Shown: positions 41,601 through 52,900 of the stretch, piece after piece
Position numbering within the stretch: the stretch's first letter is position 1
Layout of the letters: the number at the start of each line of letters is the position of its first letter
From: Daphnia carinata
Taxonomy: Eukaryota
Length of the DNA stretch: 64,000 nt
Reading direction: 5' to 3'
NCBI RefSeq assembly: GCF_022539665.2
Contig: NC_081332.1
Location: 4,588,001-4,652,000 of the forward strand
Position numbers and translations under genes: made by a program
The notes under the pieces: model-generated
The model's database searches: none
What the model saw: only the letters and a program-made list of their open reading frames with translations
What the model was told of the DNA's origin: nothing

Positions 41601-42995
41601 TCGGCTGTGAACTGATGATGCCCAAGAATCGTATATTTACTATGTCGAACAGAGAGACGGGGAGGGAGGCATAGAATGACAGAGTAGCAAAGCAGCTCAG
41701 CTCGTTTATTCTCGTCGTCGTTCCCCTACCCTTTTGTGTTTTTGTATTATTCATCCATCAGAAATGAGATGGAAAGATATGAAATGATACGATATTCGAT
41801 TCGAAGAAGACAATTCCGCCAGCCTTTTTCTTTTTGTTTCGAACGGGCCGGATGAGTCGCTACAAAACTTCCTCTCTCCCCCCCCCCCTTTTCACGTCAG
41901 TATAGAACAGCTGCAAAAAGTTTGGAAACAGTCTGATGATGATTCAATCATTAACCAACATTTTTAATTATCAACCCCTTCCCCCTTCCATCTGACGAGA
42001 GAACAAAAAAAAAAAGGCGAAGACACTGCCGGATTTCAGAAAACGAGGAATGGGGTTGATTCTATGTTATAAATAGGCCAAATCTAATAAGGACTACACA
42101 CGACCGTTAACAAAAAGCGAGTCACAAGAACAAAAGGCAGTGATGACTACGTGAGTGAATGCCGAGACAACCTCCCCCCCCCCCCAAACTGTATAATTAG
42201 AACAGATAACGATGTTGCTTCAGTGACAACAGCGAAAAATGGCGCGCACTCTTTCGTTTAGCATAAAAGAAATTAACTAAATCCCCTTGCCTCACCGTTT
42301 GCGTAAATGATATTTTTCAATCTAGAGGAAATGTATCAAAAGACATAACGATGAAAAAAACAAGATTAACGCCCTGATGAAATTGAATCCAAGAAAACTA
42401 TGAATTTGAAAGGCGGGAACGAAATGCGTGAAAAAAAAATGAGAAATCAAGAAACTTAATAAAAAAATATTGGATTCAAATTGAAGAGGATATCTTTTTA
42501 CGCAAGATCCATTTACATCGAATAAAAACATTGATGTAGGACTAATATATCTAGATGTTTACCACAAACGAATGGTAGGGGTTGCCGGATGGGCGCACAC
42601 GCTGATGGATCTTAATGGAGTCCAATGGGCTGGACGACCTCGCCGGACATAACTTTTGTTCAGTTTGTTTCTTTTCACCAAGAGTTGCTGACTCGAGACG
42701 CTCACAGCACTTAGTTGTACACATAGTCGCTAAGTAGAAATTGTTGCAATCACACACACAGAAACACACACACACAAAAAAAGAAAATTGAACACTTGAC
42801 GATCGACGATCGAACATTCTAGACAGTTCACATGTTCTCGTCAAGACTCGTCAAGCGACACTGAAACAATAGGCGCGAAAATGCCAATTGACAATAGATT
42901 CTGAGGAGAAAGGGTTCGAATTTATGCAGAACAAAATCAGAAACGACAAACAAGTCGATGGAGGAGGAAGGGTTTGCATTTTGCTCTCTTTTTTT

Positions 42996-43207
42996 ATGGC
43001 GACGGTCGCCATTTTTTATTTTTTGTTATCTTAACCCCCTCGAATGACTAAGCTCTGGCAAACATGTGGGCGCGTGTCAAGGACATTTTCAACAACAATT
43101 TCAACCCTCCCTCTTGGAGGTGGTCATTATGCAAACTCATCCCCCTTTCGCAGAAATGGCGCCATTTTAAGTATCGATGATGACGCCATCTTAACTATTG
43201 ATAATAA
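42996..43207. promoter_or_regulatory. Cluster of Pho/YY1-type motifs (CGCCATNTT), candidate Polycomb response element or enhancer/promoter core
   Basis: Five CGCCAT cores in about 200 bp. Three are full CGCCATNTT matches (43007, 43160, 43184). Four cores sit in two palindromes (42996-43012, 43154-43167). One more full site is at 42236-42244. Function is inferred. Confidence 0.45.
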
Positions 43208-46200
43208 CTATCAAGCAGACGACGATTGCAATGTAACGTCTGGAATGTGTCGCAGACGAAATGAATAAAAAAAAACCCGGAAATAGAAAAATTGGATCAA
43301 CAAGTCCATTTTGCCTACACACAAGGAAAAGTAAACGTGAAAGGATTGCTTCCTTTTTATAGCAGCTGAGTTTGGGATTCCATCAATAAATACATGAGCA
43401 AACAAAACAAAAGACGAAAGCACCTGTGGCTATATGTAATAGTAGGCATCAGGGCTGATTGCGTGACGTTGGGCTATAAGCTGATACCTATTGCCTTATT
43501 GATTATTAGTTTCCCTCTGTGATACAAGTGTGTAGAACTATTACCAACTGCAGAAACAACGGTGCACAATCCATATTTCAAGCCGTACACGTTTTGGAAA
43601 GAGGAGAGACAGCTTTGGGCTGTACACGGCCTCCCAATTTATCGACGAGTTCGGTGGAGAAACGAAAGAGCACAAAACAAATGGCATATCAGCCGAAAGG
43701 CATGTGATTGTTATGTCTACTCGATGTGCGGTGCAAAGTGCATAGCACGTCCGATCGATATTGGTTTCGGTTCAAACTTCCTCAAAACATCTTCCGTCGT
43801 TCACGGGAATTCGTATTTTAACGATTTTAGGAACGAGAGAAATCAATTGACAATTTCGTTCACTAATTCAGTTGTTTTTTAGTCAATTTCGTGTCGTTTT
43901 TAGTTTGTTTTTCTCTTCAGATTTTGTTTGGTTAGCAGACGACAGAAACGAAAGGACAAGAGGATGTCCAAGAGGCGGAGGGACCATTCGACATGCTTCA
44001 GCGTGGATTCAACAAGTCTTCCAAACAGTGTGAACTTTTTTGTCCGTCTCGTTGTCCGGCTGTTTTGCCTCGATGATGACGTTGCATAACAAGTTTTAAA
44101 AAACTCTCTCCGGTTGTCCCTTTTTCCGTTCTAATTCTTTTATCAAAGCAGATCATCCCACCGAAGAAAAGGATTACTGTTGACTAGTTTCGAATAATCG
44201 CAACAGGAGGTAAGAAACAAAATCAAGTTGTCAAACATAAATTTTTTTAAAAAACAATTTTAAAACCATTCGATTAATGTAAAAATTGACCGCTATAAAT
44301 TGTTTCGTTTGCTGCGACGAGCGTGACCAATGATAGATTCTAAAGAATCCTGTATATATTGCGTTTCTAAACACAACAGGCTCTAGCACCCACCGTAAAA
44401 GAAAGAAAAAAAAAGAGGGACAAAAGAAAACACTTGAACACGTTCATTGTGCCGGTGTAGGCAAGTCGGACAGGTCGAAAAAGGTTCACCTTTCTACCTT
44501 TTATTCTTAAGGGAGAGGTAGGTGAAGGGCGACGAGTGATGTGCTCGAGTGAATCTATTGAGTCATCGACTGCCGAACTCGAAGGGGCGATAGCTTTTCG
44601 AGCCAACACGTAACAAAGATCAACGATGACGTGGTAGAAATCGACAGGTATAATACGAAGGGCCCATTTTTTTTTTCTCTCCACCTCATTTTATTTTAAA
44701 ATGTCCGAAAACGAATAAGAAAGACCAGGTATTAAAAAAAAGGGTTGTCCAATTCTCTTTTCTTAAATATATTTTTCCCACCTGTTCCAGGTTCTCCAGA
44801 TGGAAAGAAGTAGGAAAAAAAAATATGTGAAACAGTCTTGGCCCTATCAAACATCTGGGCACACAACAGCTAACACAAGCACTTAGACAACGCCATACTT
44901 GGTCATCATTGCCACCAAGTCCGTTCGGTTTCTCTACCACGTCTTAGTCAAATGTTTTATGACGAGTTTTTGTGTGTCCTCGTCGTCACGATAAAAGAAA
45001 TAGCAACACGGATATTTGTGTCGGATTCTTGAAGGCCCGAAAACACATTGATCAGCCGGGACAGATTGTGAAAGACCTCCACGAATGCTAGAAATGATTT
45101 CACGAAAAAGGAGTCGGATCCGTTCATCATGACTAGGCGATTAATAATAAAAATACGTGTGTGTTTGTAAAAGGTATAGAAGCGAATAGGAAGGTATGAA
45201 TACGTCTCGGATCATTGAATTGTCTATATGCTACCCTTGCAACAGCAAACGTGACGCTGACGCAATCTTATAGAAATGATTGCATTGAAAAAGCGAGAAA
45301 TTATGAAAACAGACAGAAGAAAAAGATTTGAAAAATAAAATGTCTCCCAAAAAATCGTTGGAATTTCTGTGAATAAAATAGGCGTACGTGTACATTTCAA
45401 CATTTATTCCTTTTTTCTATAAGTGGATGATCCAGCTGGGTAAATAACCTTTTCAGTCTAAGAAAAAAAAAAAATACTCTCATCATCAAGGTAAACTGCG
45501 ATGGACAAAAGTGAGCAATCGCGTCATCTGTTCGACCTACATTTCGTGTGGAAAATTTGGTTAAATTCCGCCCACACACCCACTTCCATCACTACGTCCA
45601 ACACAATTTACGGAAAGAAAATCTTCATTTATTCTAAAGAAAGAAAAAAAAGAGTTCTTCTTGCCTAGAAACAGTACGTGATCCACATTGATCCAAAGAT
45701 ACGACAGAAAATGTAGAACACATTACGTCAAGCTCGGGCAGCCGGCGCAATGATCTTGAACAAGAGCATTTCTTCCGCGTTGGCCTCTATAACGAATTGC
45801 CTTCTCTTTTTTCATCTATTGCATTTTCAAACCATTTTTTATATGCTTCTCATTTTGTTTGGATGCACTGCTCAAAACGAAAAAAAAAAAAAAAAAAAGT
45901 GAGGGAGGAGAATCCCGCCGAGTCTCCTTCTGTCAACTGACAAGTTGCGCGCATCATAAAGAAAGAACGAAAAGGAAATAAGATGAGAAACAAACATGTC
46001 GTTTGGAGCGATCGTTCGATTCACGGGAAAAAGCAGAAAGGACGGGAGCCTGTTCTTCACCCATTTCCCGTCAACGCGGTCATCCATCACGCAACGAGCC
46101 GCAACAGAAGCGGCAGCAGCGTACAGTATATCCAACAACATATTGCGCGTACTCTCCCGCCGACAATAGCGGCGACTTTTCGTCACGAGAAAATCATCTT

Positions 46201-46930
46201 TTTTTGTTCTCTTCTTCTTTTTCAAAAATAACTCATTTTTATTTCAGAGAATACGAGAAAACTCAGTGCCCAGCAGCCGGCCTGGAATTTCTCGAATAGG
46301 CATTCGAGTTTCTTTTGTTTTCACGGTTACTTTTTTTTTTGATGGATTCAAATGAAAAGATAACGAAAGGGAACACACATCAGAGATACATTCCACATCA
46401 CGACGGCAATCATCATAAATATCAGTGGGAAATTGAATTCTTGGGATTTTCTTACGCAGGGAGAAAGGTACAAAAAAAGAGGGGGGCTGAAAAAAATGGA
46501 AAACTTAAAAAAAAAAAAAAAATGCAACAATCGATTTCTCACCGCCAAAAAGGTGTGGAAAAAAGGTGATTGACGTCGCAATCATCCTAAATATTTCCCC
46601 TCGATGAGCACCTTTTAACACAAGAAGAAGAAACACCTTGTGGTTTTCGTCATTCTCTCCTCTCTCTCTATCGATGAGAAGAGGGGAAACATACGAAAAA
46701 AAAAAAAAATAGTTAAGGACAATGGCTTGTGAGTGCACTTGTTGCATCAGGTGAGAAAACATAGTCTTTATCCTCCTGTAACCATCCCCATAAAGAAAAT
46801 GTTGTACCTGTTGATAGAAAAAGGAGGAGAATTGGAAAGGGAAGCAGAAAAAAACGTTTCACAATCGACACATTCTCAAGTTTCTCTCTCTGATTTAAGG
46901 GTCTCTTCGCATACGAGTCCTCCTGACGTG

Positions 46931-46944
46931 GTTGTCATGGCAAC
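46931..46944. promoter_or_regulatory. RFX X-box motif GTTGTCATGGCAAC
   Basis: Exact fit to the X-box consensus GTHNYYATRRNAAC. Near-perfect palindrome, with an adjacent TGACGTG at 46924-46930. Confidence 0.4.
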
Positions 46945-49900
46945 CGCAGGTTTTCTCGAGTTGATTTTTGTAATAAAAAATGAATTCAAGAAAAAAAAAA
47001 AACGAGTAATAATAACCCTGCAGACATTTATTTCAGAGCCCCTCTAATAGATGCTATCCAACTCGTTTTCAAACTGATGACCGACTGGACATGTCTCTAT
47101 AGACGGACACGCAACCCCCTCCTGCCCATTTCTTTAAGGTGTAATGCTATGCAACAGTCGGACGCTTCTCATCCGTGTACCAGCTGACTCTCCCTCCTTC
47201 TTCAACGTCTTGCAGTGGCTCTTTTTTTTTTATTGTTAAAGAAAAAAAACAACAACAAAAGAGGGAGGCAATAGCATTTTTTAAAAAAAGAAAAGGTATA
47301 TACAAACAAGTCAGGAGAGTTTGAGGTGAATGTTGCACACGGTGAGTCCACATAAAGCATTATTTAAAGTGCGCGATGGAAACGAGTGGCGACTAGGAAA
47401 AACCCACTGGAGAAACACGTAAAATGAAATTAGGTACAAATAAAATGGGAATTTTCATTCCCCCCCTCCCCCTCCTTCCATCTGTACTATTAAATTCGCA
47501 TCAAAAACGTCGAAGAGAGCATTTATATTTTCAAAATAAATAAATAAACAAAAAAAAACGTAATTTTTGAAAAGAATTGGGTCATTAATAAAAGGCCACA
47601 TCGCACCGAGATAAAACAACACGCACTCCATGTACCTGTACGGCAAACGGAAGTGACTAATCAAGATCATTAACTCTTATATTATTTCCCCCCTCTGTTC
47701 GATTTTTTTCTTCTTCTGACGGTTGTTGTTCTCTTTTATTTTTATCGTTCTCCAAAAAAAGGGGAGAGTTTTTTTTTCTTTTCAAAGCACAAGAAGAAAA
47801 ACTAAAGAATTAAATTTATTTCTCTTCTTCAGCTGGTAAAACACACACGCCATCGTGTTGTAGAGGATCCGGTGTTATCGGTCAAAAGAAACGGCATTTC
47901 CTTTATTACTCTATTCAACTACAGACTTGCCAGTAAAGAGGATGACGATAGGCTAACTATTATTACAGCCTTTCATATGTACATCTCGATATATAAATAT
48001 TCTTTCAACAGCAATACACGAACCCTCCGGCAAATGGGGCAGGAAATAGGTCTTTTTTCTTTCCTCACTTAGCCCCCTTTTCCCGGCACTCAAGAAGCGA
48101 ATAATGCAAACACACAAAGCTGACCTTATGCTGTTGTTACGAGTTTCTTTTTTTTTCTTTTTCGCCTTACGTGCTGATTAGATATTTCTTTTTCAAAAAT
48201 CCCACAATGTCATGGTAAAAGAACAACAAAGGATGATTGATTTTCCACCTTGATCAGAGATTGAGAACATCCTGGCGCGCTCTAATGACAATTATTCATC
48301 ATCAAACATCCGCTTTTGTTCTCTAAGCCAAAATATGACGTTCACCCACAAAAAAAAATATAAAATCCGTTGCGTGTGATTTTTTTTTTGTGAATTATTT
48401 CATTCGGAATTACTCCGTGAGATGACGATCCGTTTTCCTCCACCTTTTCGCACTTTTATAACAAGACATAAAAATGAAGGAAGAGCGCGCCATGGTGGCA
48501 ATCAAAGTGGCCGTTATCAACAACGGCAAAAGTTGGATGAAAAAAAAAAAAAAGGTCGTCGTCATAGACCACGTATATAAAACACCATAAATAAATAAAT
48601 AAGAAGTAAACATTTATTTATTTTTTTCTTTTAAAGAATAGAGTTATGGTTGTAAGAAAAAAGGGGGCGGAGGCCTGTTTCTATCACCGCTAGCGGGGTC
48701 TCTTTTTTTTTCAAAAAATATTGCGTGCAGAATGACAAAAGAAGGACGACAGGAGCGCCTCCTTCTTGATCTCTTCGAACTGACAGACATGCAAAGAGAG
48801 AAAGAAAAAAAAAATACGACAGGAAATCGAGTCTTTCGCCCATTGCTTTACGTGTACCGGTAACAACACACACATACAAAAAATAAGGTTTTAATATTAA
48901 AAATAGGCGCGTCACTATAGCGGTGATGCTATAAAGCACCGAAAATTTTCTTTATGACTTTTCTTTTTCGAATAAAAAAAAAATAATTCCATCAAAAGGA
49001 AAAAAAAAAGGATGGAGAGTAGTAAGCTACCGAGTAATGGCGATATGAAAGAGAGGACAAAGGATACCATATACCGAAAAAGGTGAGATTATTTATGTGA
49101 TTATGGACGTTATTATTAAGCGAGAATTGGAAGGAAACTTGTCGTGATGTTTTCTCTCGCAATTTCACTTGCCTTTTGTTTGCTGTATCGCTTGCATCTC
49201 CCTACTAACACGGTTGCCATTCTCTCGATCAAGAAAGTTTGAGGGGGGGAGTCATTAATAAGCGACTTCCGGTACGGTTCCTTGCCGTGCCATTTCTTTT
49301 TTTTTTTTAAGTACATCTGTGATGCGTGTCTTGGATAATATAGCCTCTATAGATTTCGATAGGGCCATATTTATATACACGTACATAATAAACATCCATT
49401 TTTCTCATTTCCCTTTGGCCCTTGATAACGCCCCCCTAACGTCCCCGATGGCCGTTTTTTTTTTTTTTCATGTTTAAACAACAGCAACCAGACATAAACT
49501 GGTTTCCAATCGACGGGAAACAAAAAAAAAAAAATAACGATCGCTATAATTATTGTGAGCCACTATTTAACTCGGTCCCTGAAAAAGAAAGGGAGAAAAT
49601 GAGGGACGCCAATGAGAAAACTGTCAAACAACGATCGGTATAGAACGCGGTACTCAGAGTCGCGTGATTCATTTTCCCGATCGTTTTTTTTCTCCTGAAA
49701 TAATTTCTTTCGTTTGATTCTCTTGTCGTTCGGTCACGCTCGACAGCCACGCCACCTGCTCCTTGATCCAACAACAAAGCACACACACACACACACACAC
49801 TCAGGTGTATTATGAGGAACATACGTAGCTCAACCAAGCGATCAACCGCAGGGCACCGAAATGATTGGAAAATGCTCCTATTTTTCATCTTGTTGTTTTA

Positions 49901-52900
49901 TTTTGGTTACAAAATTGTATAGACGTCATCTATTTTTTTTTCTAATTCTCAAATTTATTCATTTTTCCTCATCTTCAAATTTTTTTTTTTTCTCTTCCCC
50001 CCCTCATTTATTGTATTGCACCGCAAAACGTTTCGCTCCATCGCCGGTCAATAATCTGATTCGAATAAACCGCCCCAAACCGATAGGGGGGGAAACGCGG
50101 GACGTTCAAAAACCCCCCTTACACGTGCCTGATGATTTCAAAAGCGGTCAATGACAACGTGACGAAAACATGCACAGAACGCACAAGGACATATAAATAG
50201 AAAAGATATTAGGGCCAATGTGAGATGGAAGAATTTTTTCTTTTTTCTCCATCATTTCCCTTTTTTTTTTTTTATCCGCTGTCTGTCACAAGTCTTGTCT
50301 GTTTCTATATGGACATCAGTGCCGGAACGCCATTCAAACGCAATCGACCGAATCGACCAAACGTTCGCTTGGCTTAACTCGAAACTTTTTTTTTTTCCCT
50401 CTTTAAATAAAAAAAAAAAAGACGAAGAATCAGAGAAAGATAAGATAGATAGAGATAAGGGGACAAGAAAAGAAGTGAAGGAAGTACTCTTCCATCATCA
50501 TCGTTCGTCATCCGTCTCTTATTTTCTTGCGTCCCTCTTCTTCTTTTTTTAATGAAATCACTGAAAGAATTGACCGATCCAGATCGATTCGGTTGCCACA
50601 TTTAATTGATTTCCTTTTGTTTGTTTTTTTATTAAAGAAGAAAAAAGATTTAATTAGTGTTTTTTCTAAAGATGATATTCAATACGTTTTATAGGGTTTG
50701 GATAGAGTCACACAGTTATCAATACCCAACAAGAAAGAGAAGGTTTTAGATCTGTTTTTTATAGGGTGGTGGAATATGACGAGAAGGAAAGACAAGTCGG
50801 GTGGGGTATATCCATGACGGATTCGCCCCGTTCCGGCTGCCGGAGCGCCGCGCATTTCATTTCCGCCCGGCGACACACAGAACACAACACCCCCCTCACC
50901 AAAAATAAAAATCCCTTTTTTTTTTTTTTTCTTTCTCCCCTTTAACGTAAAACCTCCCACGAACATGAAAAGGATTTGAATGTTGGCGGGTACAAACATT
51001 TGGTTTTGTTCTCCATTTCCCCGTTTTTTGCTTATAGTGTCGCTTTCAAAAAAGAAAGGCCACAATCGCTATATCGATATGGCCACAACGGCCATAATGC
51101 AATCGTACTCATTCAACTTGTCCTATTTTTATCTGCTTTATTTTTTCCAAGTCCTTTTCAATCTAAGTTTATTCATCTGATTGGTTACAGCACGAACGTT
51201 GGCTGTTCTACCTGCGTAAGTTGCTCTAAAAAAAATTGAGCATTTGCAGATAACGTTGTCAATTGTATTTTTTTTTTTTTATTGGCGGAGGGTGAATGTG
51301 CGTGCCACTGTTTACCTACTCCTCCGGATGACGTCACGAGAATGAAGTCGTTGACACTGAAGAAATTTTAGCGGAATAATTCATAAATAGCGCGAACTTG
51401 GAGAAAAGAAAACGCGAAACAGGAAATAGAAAACAAGGCAAACAAGAGAAAAGCAAGAGATTTATAACTTTGAGAGGCGGAGCGATGATGAAATAGCTCC
51501 GCCAGGCATTACGCAAAGGAGATGGCACATGAACTACTGTGTATAATGAGATCGAGCGATATGCTGCAAAACACAGGAAACCGCATAGCAAGTCGACGAA
51601 GACTAATTAAAAAGACGCTAGAGAATTACAACCCATTGGAATTGGAAAAAAAAGAACCAATGCATTGCATTTTAGCTGCAACAAAAATAAAAAGATAAAA
51701 TTACGACCCTAGGAAAAAGAAACAATGACAACGACAGACGGCAGCCGGAGCCGCTACTTCTTATATGCGTACAAATGTACACTCTATTCTTCTTTCCTTT
51801 CAATTCCGTTTCTATTACTTTTCTTTTTAGTTTTTTTAGTTTTTTTTTTGTTTTTGTAGTTATGTTTTTCGTAAAGAATGGCTTCTAATGTTGTTCTCTC
51901 GCAGTGAGACGCAAACGTGGGAAAAAAAGAATCGATCATTTTTCTTGTGTAGAAACAACAAAAAAATTCAGAATTTTTTTTTGTTTGACGTCCGAGTCTT
52001 CCCTTTTTTTTTCTCTTTTGATTTGCAATCAGATTTTTTGAAACCGCGTGAGGGTTACGAAAGGTCACACACGAACTCAACGCAAACTGGTTGAAACTTG
52101 AGGTAAATGACGTCAGTGGCAAATCGGCCAATGTTAAACGGTTTGACTTGCCCAAAAAAAAATAAAAGAAAATCAATGGCGAATGGGAGCAATATAAACT
52201 AGATCAATTGAGATACAAAGAAAAAATCACAATGACATAAAAAAAATTCAAATTCCCCTTCCCCTCGTAGAACGAACAAGAAAAAAAAAAAATTCAACGG
52301 GCGTCGTTCGCGATTCGTTGCATGCAAACAACTCATTTGCTTTATTATTCCTTTGCCCGCAAAAATTAAACAAACTTCGGCTGGGAAAAAAAAACAAAAA
52401 AAATTGTGTTCCAGAAAACAGTTCTCGTTAAATCACATCGTCTACAGAAAAGTCACTCGTGATCGACAAAAAGAAAAGAAAATAGTCAAAAACCCCAAGC
52501 GGGAGCCATTATTTGGAGGGGAAAACATTTGCGACAACAACAACCAAGAAAAAAAAAAGGATATAGAACGTGACACAATCAGTTCAGAGGATGTGTTTCT
52601 AAGAAAATCGGTTTTCTTGGCTTCAATCGAAAAAAAAAAAAAAGGGCCATTCTTGCGTAACGTTTGTGTCTTCCTACGCAAGCGCTATCGAACATCCGCG
52701 TTCGGTAGTGAGCGCGGTATTATTATTGCGTGTGATTCCAACACATCACATTCCTCAAGCGGCTTGCGTGAGCCACGTATGACCGCGGCGACAGTGACGG
52801 ATGTTTGATTTCGACACTGACGTCAACTTTGATTTTTGATGATTTCCCGAGCCGAACGCGATGCGGGGAAATATATATCGGAAATTCCACACCTTCGTGT

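Noticed and set aside
45010..45140. Protein-looking plus-strand fragment DICVGFLKARKHIDQPGQIVKDLHEC
   Set aside because: It is short, ends in stops, and matches no family I recognise. It cannot be called a transposon or gene remnant without a search.
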